Source: Antedon mediterranea
Taxonomy: Eukaryota; Animalia; Echinodermata
Length of the DNA stretch: 64,000 bases
Reading direction: 5' to 3'
NCBI RefSeq assembly: GCF_964355755.1
Contig: NC_092677.1
Location: 22,431,175-22,495,174, forward strand
The notes beneath the pieces were generated by a model. The model ran no database searches, was not told the DNA's origin, and worked only from the letters and a program-made list of their open reading frames with translations. The position numbers and the translations under genes were made by a program. This document shows positions 51,826 to 63,790 of the stretch, piece after piece (position 1 is the first letter of the stretch; each line of letters opens with the position of its first letter).

Positions 51826-52892
51826 TTTTCTAGCAAAAATTGTGTTGTCACCAACATATACTGTACTTATAATAATAATACCATTAATCGCATGAACATG
51901 AGCATACTATAAATTATTACAAAATTGTTTTTTTTTATTCATTCTGGTTTATTGAAACAAAGACATGGCAGTACAAAACTGAATTGCGTCCAGTAACATT
52001 AACATAAAATATATACCAAAAACGAGCAAAATTTACAAAAACATCCAAAATAAAAAAAAAAACATAAATGCATTAAAAAAATAAAGAATATTCCATCACA
52101 AATTTACAAACTGCGAGCAAAATTATTAATCATCCGTATACCATTAATCGCATGAACATGAGCCTACTGTAAATTATTTTAAAATTTTAAATAACAGAGC
52201 ACTATTTTTTTGATTACTTTTCTGCAAATCAGAGCATAGAAAGAAGATAATATAATATTAAACAATGAAAAGCACCAACAAATAATGTAATTTAATATAT
52301 TTTTTAACACCTTTGAACATTTACTGAAGTATTATCATGTCTAACTAATTATTAAATCAACTACAATGTTATAAAACTTTTGAAAATGTAATGAAAGAGA
52401 TATCTGAATTAACATATCAAAGTGATAATGCTGTTTTTTCTTGACGATGTTAAAGTTGTAAAAAAAAAAAAAAAAAAAAAGAATATAAATATTATTACTC
52501 AACTATCTTTAAAAACTTAATAACTATACAAGTTAAAATAAACCATTTCTCAATAAAAAAAATATAATAAATATACTTATTACAGTATTTCACTAAACTA
52601 ATAAAATAATACTTGTTGGGCCTACTATTTAAGATGCCATTTGCTTAAGTCGAGGTTGAGGGAGTTTGTAAAGGATATCTTCATTTGTAAAGGATGCTGT
52701 GTCCTCTGAGTCTGGTATAAATTTCTTGTTGTCTGCATCCACAAGGCCTGTAATTTTTCGCAGGTTCATTAATTATCACTAGCGCATTCTCTTTACTGTT
52801 GGATGCATTTCTGACAATGTATATAGGATGTTATTTAAACTTTGACCCTTGGCTTGTGCTATTTAATTAGTTGTTTTAAATTTTATTCATTG

Positions 52893-52931
52893 GACTTGAT
52901 AATGACCTCATGATTGAGTCGAAACGTCGTT
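52893..52931 (+). ncRNA. Solo minimal hammerhead motif (U3-A8 variant)
   Basis: GAC-UUGAUAA-U-GACCUCA-UGAU-UGAGUC-GAAACG-UC-GUU. Confidence 0.6.
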
Positions 52932-53216
52932 GTTTTTTAAGCGTTATTTTTATATTATGTATTTACAATAAACGTACCCTCATTCGTATATAGGATGTAA
53001 AGTGATTTGTTTTTAGTCCAATTAGCAGATTCTATTTCATCTTGCTGTTGATTGATATGGTTATATTCTGTGAGAAATCCATTAAAGCAAGACAAAAGCC
53101 AATGCTGACTGGTAGATTTCATAGGAATCATAGATTTGAGTGACATTGGATTTTTTCTGAGCCTGTATCCGTCTTTCACCATTTTGCATGTTTGTTTATA
53201 CTAAAAGTCGTATTCT

Positions 53217-53431
53217 TTCCCACTGATGGTACTTGACCAATGCATCGTCTAACATTGCCTTCCCACTGATGGTACTTGACCAATGCATCGTCTAACATTG
53301 CCTTCCCACTGATGGTACTTGACCAATGCATCGTCTAACATTGCCTTCCCACTGATGGTACTTGACCAATGCATTGTCTAACATTGCCTTCCCACTGATG
53401 GTACTTGACCAATGCATCGTCTAACATTGCC
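53217..53431. repeat. Minisatellite, 5 x 43 bp
   Basis: Unit ttcccactgatggtacttgaccaatgcatcgtctaacattgcc; near-perfect, with one substitution in the fourth copy. Confidence 0.95.
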
Positions 53432-54081
53432 TCGAACATTACAGCATACTTTTTCCACAAGCATCACATTCTCGGTGGACACACTTCACACTAGGAATCT
53501 TATTGTAAGGACAGATGGATTCATTAGAGGTATCAAACAGTAATTTGTTGTTTAGTTGCAATATTTAAAGCTTGGACCTGCTGTTCCAGATTGTAACATC
53601 TTGTGCACACACACACTCTTCTGCATACCTAATTTAATACCTCCTTTTCATATATTTGTCAATTGCATTCTTATGAATACTACCGTAAACTGGGGTAACT
53701 TTGGCAGGTTTTTACATTATAATGGCAATGTCTCCACCAAAACAACTGCATTTTTTTTTCTTCCTACCATATTATATACACGCGAGGGTTACTGTTGCCA
53801 CTGATGTCGGAGAAAATTAAAAATCTACATACAATTCTTCCCTGGGGGGCCATACAGGTGCTGCCAAAGTTACCCGATGTTTGGGATATATTTTCAATGA
53901 AATTATATAAATGTTGAGAATAAAATAGACAAACATACGCTGAATTGTATTGGCAAGCAAATATCAACTTTAATAGCACCTACAGAAGTTAAAAGCAGTC
54001 TGAAATCATACAAAAAAATCATATTTATACAGTATTACAGGTATTGTATAGTAATACACAATCATATTCGCTACAATCCCA

Positions 54082-55620
54082 TTAGTCACATTCATCGCAA
54101 CTAAATTCAGGCTTATATTCACCACCATTGCATTGTCCACAAACCCACTTTAAACAATAGACACATTGTAACCATTCTGTTCCACTATATGTGTCATAGT
54201 CTATGTGACAGGTAGCACATTTATTTTCGTCATAAACTTCTGTAATGGTCTGTTCAGTACCGGGCTCATTACCAACACGGCTCGTTGATGGGCAGTTTTC
54301 TTTTTGTATCTGGACACCTGGCCTGATTTTTTTACCACGTTTTCGTTTTGGAGCCTTGTCCTGCCCACGGTTCTCCATCAGAAGCTCAACAAGGGATGCA
54401 TCCAAATCTCGACCAATTTCGTCATGGTCCCGTTCTTCCGCACCAGGTAGGTTCTTTAAAACTTCCTGGGGATTGAAAGGGTACAGTCCTGCTTCACGAA
54501 ATCCACCCTTCAGGTTTGAGGCCACATTTTCCTTTACTTTATTCCAAAGTCTATTCAGAAGGGTGGGAAATACTTCCTTTGGAATAGTACCCTGGCGACG
54601 AGAAGTCTTCCTCCAGTTGTCCAGGATATTCCTCCAAACCACTTTCATTGGTCGGAATACCGCAACATCAAGTGGTTGTGTCAGGTGAGTGGAATTAGGC
54701 GGCAAAGCAGTGAAATAAACATTATTCTCCTTGGCAGCAGTGACCACTTCCGGTGAGAAGTGCGATGCCAAATTGTCGCCAATTAATAGCTTTGGCCCTT
54801 CCATATCTGCTATATGGACGATGAAGACCTCAAAAAACCACCGATGAAAGGTGGCCATATCGAACCATCCACTTTTGGTGGCATCATACTTGGTACCGTC
54901 AGGACCATCCTTAGTCCAATTTTCATAATAGTTCAAAGCTTTATATACCACAAATGGGGGCAACAATTCCCCAGAAGCGCTCCCACACACCATGATTGAG
55001 GTTGCCACTTTCGAGTGCTCCTTAACTCTTTCAACTCTTCTCGTTCCACGTGGTACAATCAACTTCTTGGATCCGGGGTCATCTGTCACATTGGTTTCAT
55101 CATATTTGAATATGTGTGCTGGGTCAACTGTACTTAAAATGTCACTAAGGTTGTCAAAATACTCTTGCACATCAGTTCTACTAACTCTTGCACGGGCTCG
55201 CTTTATATTACCGGCAGCCCTTAAACTCATTTTGTTTCTTGTAGCAAAGGAACGAATAAATTCGTCTCCGGCAATATTGTTCTTGAATACCTTGACCTCT
55301 CTCCCTTGGTTGTTCAAATATGTCTGAATAATAATTTTCATATCGTGAGGGGTTAATGGGTATCCCCATTTTGCCACCTCTGAGAGCGTTTGCACAAGAA
55401 TCTTCTCCTCTGCTTCACTCAGAACTGTAGGTCGTCCTACATCTTTCTTATGCTTGTGGTCCAGCTTGTTCTGTAGAGTGGACCTAGTAATGCCGAAAGT
55501 TCGGCTGGCTGCAGCTTGGGACATTCCATTTTGGACTGCATCTACTGCTTGTTTTAAATCATCATCACTGAACGATTTATACTTCCTCTTTCCATTTCCT
55601 CTCTTGTAATTACGAACCAT
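54082..55620 (-). CDS. Intact pogo DD35D transposase (psq HTH + CENP-B HTH + DDE_1 + C-terminal PHD-like finger), 512 aa
   Basis: ATG at 55620 and an open frame. Catalytic motifs are YDET and GDNLASH-(35)-QPLD; the C-terminus is CATC...WLQCVYCLKWVCGQC...FSCDEC. Confidence 0.92.
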   Translation of the reverse strand: MVRNYKRGNGKRKYKSFSDDDLKQAVDAVQNGMSQAAASRTFGITRSTLQNKLDHKHKKDVGRPTVLSEAEEKILVQTLSEVAKWGYPLTPHDMKIIIQTYLNNQGREVKVFKNNIAGDEFIRSFATRNKMSLRAAGNIKRARARVSRTDVQEYFDNLSDILSTVDPAHIFKYDETNVTDDPGSKKLIVPRGTRRVERVKEHSKVATSIMVCGSASGELLPPFVVYKALNYYENWTKDGPDGTKYDATKSGWFDMATFHRWFFEVFIVHIADMEGPKLLIGDNLASHFSPEVVTAAKENNVYFTALPPNSTHLTQPLDVAVFRPMKVVWRNILDNWRKTSRRQGTIPKEVFPTLLNRLWNKVKENVASNLKGGFREAGLYPFNPQEVLKNLPGAEERDHDEIGRDLDASLVELLMENRGQDKAPKRKRGKKIRPGVQIQKENCPSTSRVGNEPGTEQTITEVYDENKCATCHIDYDTYSGTEWLQCVYCLKWVCGQCNGGEYKPEFSCDECD

Positions 55621-56134
55621 GGTGGAACTGCAATATAAATTGAAACCGTTTATTATCAAACACTTTTAAATTGTTGGTGGGGGGGATACAGTAATTACAT
55701 GAAAGCTAACTTGATAATTATCTGTATGCCTTCATATATGTACTGTGAGGTGATGGATGATGAAGTACATTTGAAAAAAAACCAAAACCATGTCTACTAT
55801 TTAAATTTACATTGATATTACCTACCCCAACAAAACTTTTTTTCATTTTACTTCCGGGTTTTACTTCCGGGTTTTAGGCCTTTAAATTAATGGTGGCTTA
55901 TCTTTTTATTATTTTTATTTTTTTAGGCTTATTAATTTTGTAAATTATTTGTATACACTTTGGTGGGTATTCAGAACCATAAATTAGGCTAAATATTCTC
56001 TCCTATCTGGTCTAGCCTAGGCTAGCGAGAGTTGACTAGGCCTAGGAGTGTAAGACCCACAGAGAGGCCAGGTAGGCCTAGGCCTAGGCCTAGTTGGGAA
56101 ATTCAGGTAGTTGATGCCTCATGTGTATGTCGTG

Positions 56135-57218
56135 GGGTGTCACGAAAGCTCAGACCACGAAAGCTCAGACCCCCTAAGACCTAAGATCACGAAAGCTAAG
56201 ACCCAACACCTAAGATTACAAATACTAAGATATACTACAGCTTAAAAACAATACTTGTTTATCCATACATAATTTTAAACACAGTAGGTTTCATTTATTA
56301 CCATAAATATAATTTAATACTACCGCAAAACATAGATAAACTCACATTATTTTCGCCCGTTGAGTAAATGTATATTTTTTCTTTACAACAAACAAACTTG
56401 ACGGGTTGTTTGTTGGTATATATTTACTCCATTGTGTTGCTTCAGAGGATGTTTTTCTTACGCACCTGCCTTTCTTGTATTTTGACTCCAAATTTGTTGA
56501 CTAACTTTATCCTGAACACCACACTTTAAAATTAGGACTTATAAGTACTTTCAGAAGGAGAAACACATAATAACAAATAAATAAATCCTTTAAATTGATG
56601 ATTTTACAGATGTGTTTCTTTGTATACTGTAATGACAATGTAACTCCTCGAGCTCCCCATGCTATGTTTTTGTTTCTATGGAGCGCCAAAAGAGCAACAA
56701 TAATAGTACAAGTATAAAAACAGAAAAAAAACGAAACAAAAAAACTTATCATGATTTTTAAATTAAAATTTATTTGCCAGTATTTATTTCTTCGTACTTG
56801 CATGATTATACTATTATCATTACAATTTTAATTTTACATTGTTCCATCCACACTGTAGATGGACTCCACAGAGTTTTCAGCCCTCTATATAATTTTTGCT
56901 CTTTTGACGTTCCATAGAAACAAAAACATTGAACATGGCCCATGGGGTAGGCCTACTGTACTGTAGGCTAGTCATTTTGTGTGCGAGAAAAACGTCTGTA
57001 AAATCATCAATTTAAAAATGTATTTGTTACTTTTTATGTGATTCTTTTTCATGAAAGTGCCAATTCTAAGGTGTGGTATTCAGAATAAATGTTGGGAGTT
57101 AAAATACAAGGCAGGTGCGAAAGATAAATATTTGTAATCTTAGGTGTTGGGTCTTAGCTTTCGTGATCTTAGGTCTTAGGGGGTCTGAGCTTTCGTGGTC
57201 TGAGCTTTCGTGACACCC
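56135..57218. mobile_element. GGGTGT-family MITE/foldback inserted in the pogo 5' region
   Basis: About 90-bp perfect TIRs (GGGTGTCACGAAAGCTCAGACC...), an exact flanking duplication GTATGTCGTG, and a second diverged internal inverted pair. Confidence 0.9.
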
Positions 57219-57794
57219 GTATGTCGTGGCCTAGGCCTAGCTACATTGCTAGATGCTTAGAAGCTTAAACATGTTTTTAAAACATAATTACACTATATTC
57301 TTTGGTAATCACACACTTAATATGTTCTTTAACTCATGTATAGCTGACTTACCGTTCAAGGTCAAGCAAAATTGCTATAACAAAGGCACAAATTTTGTGA
57401 ATTATTTTGATTTTTCTAAAGTTACGGTTTGGCGAAAAATGTTCGATCGGTAAAGACTTTTGCACACGATTTTCTTTACATTAGACACAACTAGAGGGCG
57501 TTATCATAAGACCTGTCTTCGATTCTTTTTTTCTTTTATTTATTCGAATTTTTTTTTAATGACCCCTAAAATTAGGACACGCCCCTAAAGCCTTTTCTAT
57601 ATTTTTCTAAAACCTATCAATTTTTTTTTAAGGTCAAGCATGATATAATCAAATTAGTTATTTCTTAACAAGTTAATACCAACCATTCGCCAATCAATTG
57701 AATAGAAAGATTCCGAACGAGCCGACAAAGTTTGCATGTGCGACCTGCCAAAGTTACCCCTGCATGCCAATGTTACCTCAGTTTACGGTATGTC

Positions 57795-58180
57795 TTTGAC
57801 TTCAAAAAATATCATTTATGAAAGGTTTTCTATTTTATTAGGTAGGACATCTTTTATTTATTATGGACCATATTTATGGAATACTATGCCTTTTAATCTT
57901 AAATTGTCAAATACTTTAGCTTCTTTTTAAAAAAAATATAAACAATTATTAATTCATAGTTATGCACTTTAGTTTTTTTTTTCCTCTTCTTTTTATTATA
58001 CTTTTATTTTTCATTGCTTATTTCAGTCATTACTATTTTTACATGTATATATTTGTTTTATTTTTAGGTTCAGACCAAATTGGGTTAATACAATCTCCAT
58101 ACACATTTTTTTATCATTTATAAATGTATGTATGTATGTATTGTTATATTTTGTGTGAAATAAAATCTGAAACTGAAAGA
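57795..58180 (+). mobile_element. LINE 3' end fragment
   Basis: GRTSFIYYGPYLWNTMPFNLK, followed by a T-rich UTR, AATAAA and a (CTGAAA)n-like tail. Confidence 0.6.
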
Positions 58181-59299
58181 CATCTAATGTTTTATCATCT
58201 TATAGAATGTAAAAGACTTGAAAACTTTTTCTTTACTTTTTACTGATGTACATAGAAGATTTTCTGTTAGACATTACCCTTGAGTTGTCTTTCAGAAACT
58301 TGTCTATTACCCTTTTTTTCTACGTTTTGGTGTGCTGTCATTTATAATCCTATTTACATGATTTATTAACTCTGCATAAATGTTGGTGGAACTTGTATGT
58401 TGATTTTCCTGTGCTGCTATTTGTAGAGGTTGGATTCTGCATCTATGTAGATGTTGTTGATGCTGGAATTTGGTTTTTCTGTGCTTTCTTTTTGCAACTT
58501 TCTTTTCTTTATTTCTTTGGACTTTTTGTTCTTCTATCTTTGCTTTCTTTCTTGCAATGTCTTTTCTTTATGGATACTTTCTAGTTTCCATTGGTTTTGA
58601 TTTTTTTACTCTTCATCCATATTTTTATTTGCCGTTCTTTGTGCATCAACTTAAGCGTTTTCTGTGTGTACATACAGTAATGTTCTCGTTTTAAATGCAC
58701 CGTTTTGAAAGGGGTATTCTCTGCGATCATTTTACTAAACACTTTGAAAAAGGTCTTATTGAAAAGTAGTTTTAAAGAATTCCGACATTTATTAAATTGT
58801 GAAACATTATTTAGAAAACATCATCTAATATTTCAAATAAATAAAACATATTTAATTAACAAATGTAAAATCAACCATGCATATACAAGACAGTATATTA
58901 TATTGTTTTATTTAGTAGGACTATTTTAAATGTTTTGCATAAAAATCAACATCAATAGTAGCACTTTATTGATTTGCATTAAGCATTTGACACTCTGAAT
59001 CATAATGTTGCATGAATTATGTTATGGTCTATAATTAAACACTTAAAAAAACCACTGAGAAAAATACATAAAGATAATTATTAATATGGAGATAAAAATG
59101 AAAAATGCTTTTAATATTAGATAAACCAAGGCAATCTAACAACAGGACACTGAGCTCACCTTGTCAAGTAGTAATATTTACATATTCTCCGCGGGAAGCA
59201 GCCACAGATAAACCATTTGATCTCGGTATCCTGGTTACCATGAAGGAAATATATATATTCCTCCATAACTAATAATATTTATGGCAACCTTTCTGTATT

Positions 59300-60830
59300 T
59301 ATAACAGTTGGGTTTTCTTGCAAGACGGGAGACCACTTTCTTTAGGTACTGCAGCCCACATACTCTTACGTATCTCTTCAAGCGTTTGTGTCACTGTGAT
59401 GAGGATATCTACTGGAATGTTGAGATACGACATGGAGCGAATTTTGTCAGTTTTTCTTTGGATTTTGTCCGACAGTTTAATGTCATTAATACTTCAGGAG
59501 GAGAGATAATTTCTCTGACATTTGAGTCACCTATATCTATGTTGTCTTCAATTTCTGGAATGCTGCCACACTCTTCATCCAGCGTAAACAGTGGATGATT
59601 CCGGTAGTACTCTGGTAGATTTTCCCATGTACTTTCCGTGTGTAACAGCACAATTGCAAGGAGGTGTTTGCATGGCCAGTGTGTATGCATCCAATCGTAA
59701 CACTGACACGACGGCATATCATGATTACCAAGACTTACAATATAATCTGCAGTAGATGAAGTGAAGCTGGGTACTTTGAAGGAACCATTTTCGGTTTCAC
59801 TTATGGCAGCCTGCATCTCATCTTTAACTGGCAACCGTTTTCGACAGTGATCAACAAGTTGTTTTGGTCGATTCTTTAGAAAGTTTGGTAGAATTGAGCT
59901 GTATTGTCTATACTCAGATGACGCCATGATGTACCTACAGGGTTATAAGAAATGTCTTACAATTTATATTCGTATTATTGTTATAGTGCTATTACATTAT
60001 TTTTATGATACCACTTCATTTGCTAGGAATATATAGACCTACATTTACCTTCGGTGCATTTCCGGCAAAAAATGTTTGATCACCGTCTGTGACATTCCAG
60101 TAAGTGAATGTATGTAAGACTAGAGTACGGCTCTGCCTTTCGATGCCATTATTAGTATTGATTGCTAATCGATTGAGACACAAGTAAATTGTGCATTCTA
60201 AAAAAAACCAAAACATCATGAATAGTAAGTTAAGTAAGAGTGCTTTAACTATTTGTTATATTGTCTTTGTTAACTGTGGCAGTACATTAAAATAATTTGA
60301 TTCGATTTTGATATTGTTTGAAACGTCGAGAAACTTTTCAGAACTACACAAACTTTAAATGTCTTCTCAATGAATTGCCTTTATTTCTGTTTCACTGTTG
60401 TCTACCATGAAAAAGGAGGATTCCACTGAAGATTCCACTCTTTTATTATAGAAAGTGCCTTTGCAATGGTGAGCTGAACTTTAAGTATTGTAGAAAAAGT
60501 TGCAACAACACTATATCCTACATTTGTTTTCACACAGATGAAAATAAAGGCATAGCGTACCGCATTGTTCTGTTTGTGGCTTCTAACAAGCAAACTTCGT
60601 TCAATAGTTGCTTTTGAAACTCGGATTGGTAGATGAATAGAAAGTCAGCTTAATCAATTAATGCTGGCACGAATTGCACGTTATCGCCAGGAGCATCATT
60701 ACGCCACTCCTTCATTTTTAAATTAGAAGATAATAAATTGAAAATACTCTTTTTTCCGCTGCATTACTGTGCGGGATAACTAATACAGCTAGAGCAATTT
60801 GCTCAAGATTTCCTAACTTCGGTTTTAGAT
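59300..60830 (-). pseudogene. Decayed Mutator-like (MULE) transposase with a SWIM finger
   Basis: FICVKTNVGYSVVATF, INTNNGIERQ and SCQCYDWMHTHWPCKHLLAI motifs. The last exon is preceded by an acceptor (CTGTAG) at ~59935. Confidence 0.8.
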
Positions 60831-63026
60831 GTACCCATATTATGTCCATTCGCCAGACACCTTCGTCAATTTGCGCATCTTTCCTGATCGGGTACATCGG
60901 AAATCCATGAATTTTTCCTCTATTCTGCTTAGAATTGCTGGATCGTTAACTACAGCTTCATAGTATTCTACCGAAATGGTTAATTGTTCTTTCAATATTG
61001 TCAATATAATGAGTCCTCTTGCCTATGCTCAAAGTTGACGAATACAGAATTAATCGGCAATGGATCATCCAGAGGAAGCCACTGAACGCAGTACGTGAAT
61101 GCCTTGCTGACAAATGCTCTTACGGCGTCATAGAACTTGTCTACTTGAGCATTGCTAATATCTTCCTTTTCAAGTTCTAAATTTCATCATTGTTCTCTTT
61201 GTTATTGGCCCTATGTATAGATCAACGTCATCCTTCTGGTTTTCGATAGCGATATCCAGTTTTGAAAAAGACTGTGTGCATGCTTTATGTTCTTCGCAGC
61301 AATTTTTCCCATGAATCTTTGTTGAGCATCATGGAGCTTAAATATAAGAGGCTCGTTCCTTTGAAGAAATTTATTAAAGACAGTAAATTGAGGAAGGCAA
61401 GATACATAAAAGAAAAGGTAGATTTCAGTCATGGTGTCATTGTATGTGTTCCTCAGTCTCCTAAGTCTTGCGTTGTTAAACGATTCAGATAGAAAATTGA
61501 TTTAATTCCTTCGTATTTCTTCAATTCCTTATTTAAGCATTTTTCAAGGCATATCCATCTCGTGGAAATTAATTTAATTACGGCTTCATATTCCATGGAA
61601 CAGAACTCTTGGTATTCTTTCAAAATACTCTTCCGTTTACGTAAAATAAATTGGTGGCATGGTCTTCTACATCAAAACCGCATACCTCTGCAAACGAAGA
61701 TCTGGCTTTCGAAGCAGCGTTGTGCAGGATATGGCAAGGAAAACCGGTTACTACATAATATCCTTGTTTTTCTGTAGAGCACGTGATTTAATCGAATTAT
61801 GTAATCCCATATTGCCGTTGGTATAGTCCATACCCAGACCGACGCAAGTCCCAGATTGCGTCGCATTTATTCAACAGTACATCTATACTTGTAAACATAC
61901 TTTCTGCCATTGAAGCATGGTGGCCCTGAAGGAAATTTATATCTAAAATTTTGGTCATTACGCGGCCGAAATAGCATCATACAACCTTAATGTGACGGGA
62001 TACATTTTTCCTGTACTGTCGTCATCATTACTTCCATCTATCATTAAACTAAATGGCGACTCACTCATTTCATCCCGTAGTGACTCAAACATTATATCAC
62101 CAAGGCAATTTACTATCGCTGATGTCTTTGTTCGATGACAACTGAACATCTTTGCCGCGATGCTATCTTTGAACTCATCGTTTATAAGAGAACATAGAGA
62201 ACTTTACCTCAGCTTGAAGAGAGGAGTACTTATTGAATTTATCAGGTTTGAAAAGTGTGTTTATACGTTGATTGTGTTCTCGTTCACACTGATTACTTTT
62301 GTGAGTACTGGTACTCACATGCCTTTTTACGTCATCAAGTCCGCCATGGCCGCAGGAAATGTTGGTATTACACATATCACAGTGACATTTTTAAAAGTAC
62401 CCTTTTAAAGAAGAAGGATGAACGGGAAAATTTGTGGTAGTTTTCGTTGTATGAGGGCAGTTGTTTTGGGTTTTTTTTCGGTGGTTCGTTAACGATATCA
62501 CTGATGGTACTGTCGTTTGATGATGAACTATCAGAGAAAGATTGAGGTGGTTCATCAACAATTGACGAAGGGGGGGGGGGGGGGTTCAACCTCAGTATCA
62601 GTGGCTTCTGTTGCACTGCATACTTCGGGTTCAGCAACCAATCCAGATGACGTCATATCTACCTCTTCATTACTATTACTATTACTTCCAGTAGACCTAA
62701 TATCTTCTATCACGTCATCAATAGTTGAAATTGGAGCCGATCTTGATTCTGAAATATTTAGATTGAAAGGGAATCCATTTTGTTTAATCCGAACGACAAT
62801 ATATTGTTTTAGGCGGATGTATTATGGTTTAGAATTTTCGATTGCAACTCTACTTCAACTTTTGAAAAGGGAAAAAGGGAAAAGAAATGAAAGGGAATTT
62901 AAGAAAAAACGAAAAAAAAAACACATTTTTTTAATGTAGAAAATCACAATTCAGGATCGCTTGGCTCCAGACTAATGCTTGCTTCGCTCAACGGTTCTCA
63001 CTAAAAATTCCTTGGATCTGGCCCGG
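60830..63026 (-). mobile_element. Decayed hAT transposon
   Basis: CNTNISCGHGGLDDVKRH (BED-like finger), CHRTKTSAIV, FSLMIDGSND, PCHILHN and RWICLEKCL motifs with many frameshifts. A possible terminus CCGGGCCAGATCCAAGG lies at ~63026. Confidence 0.8.
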
Positions 63027-63179
63027 TGGTTGTATCGTACATTTAAAAAAAGTTATATCCACTTACCACTGGATACATCTAATATATTTCCAGAGTCTTG
63101 TTCTACACTTTCAACTTCATCATTATTACCTAAATAATAATTATTTAGTAAAAAGGTTCATCTGGATCACTGTATAGTA

Positions 63180-63790
63180 TTTTAAGTAAATTTTCTTTTG
63201 GATGATCCAAAGTCGAATAAAATTCCGTAATGATGACAAATCTGGTGTAATAATACTGCGAAAAAGCATATATAGGAGAAACAGCCAGAACCTTATCCAC
63301 AAGGATAAAAGAACACAAAGCAGATGTCACTTCACATTGTACAGGGATCCTAACACGTTCAGCCAGAAATTCAGCTTCAGAAATTGTTCACAACTCAGCC
63401 ATCACCGATCACATGACCACTCACACTCATTTAATTGGAACGTAAAAATACTAGGCACAGAATCGTCATGGAAAGACAGGAAAATAAAAGAATCAATAAA
63501 ATAAGAAAACATGGTAACACTATGAACAGAGACGACGGCGGTTTGGAACTCCCAAAATTGCACAACAACTTACTAAAGAGGAGGCCCCGACAATCCCATT
63601 TGGGAAAACCTGAACGATCTATAGATGGCGCTATACCATATACAAGATCTAATGGTAACAAGTCCAAGTCACAGAGACTCACTCATGATTAAGCTGCGTC
63701 GTTGACCAGCGAAAGCTAGAGTAAAAAACGCAAGTTTACGAATTTTATTCGACTTTGCATCATCCAAAAGAAAATTTACTTAAAATAATA
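63180..63790 (+). mobile_element. Penelope-like 3' fragment (GIY-YIG) with an inverted pLTR piece
   Basis: SGVI...SIYRRN, SAITDH, FNWNVKILGTESSWKDRKIKESI and MNRDDGGLEL motifs; 63180-63230 is inverted at 63736-63786. Confidence 0.8.
63681..63722 (+). ncRNA. Minimal type I hammerhead ribozyme, A3-U8 core variant
   Basis: ACUC-AUGAUUA-A-GCUGCGUC-GUU-GACCAGC-GAAA-GC-UA-GAGU: stems I and II intact, palindromic stem III AGCU. Confidence 0.72.

Larger units (their letters stand above)
53683..57788 (-). mobile_element. Full-length pogo-superfamily DNA transposon
   Basis: TA-CCGTAAACTGGGGTAAC...GTTACCTCAGTTTACGG-TA, with subterminal CTGCCAAAGTTACCC repeats at both ends. Confidence 0.9.

Noticed and set aside
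53217-53431. Possible CRISPR array
   Set aside because: The units are contiguous with no unique spacers, there are no cas genes, and the context is eukaryotic.
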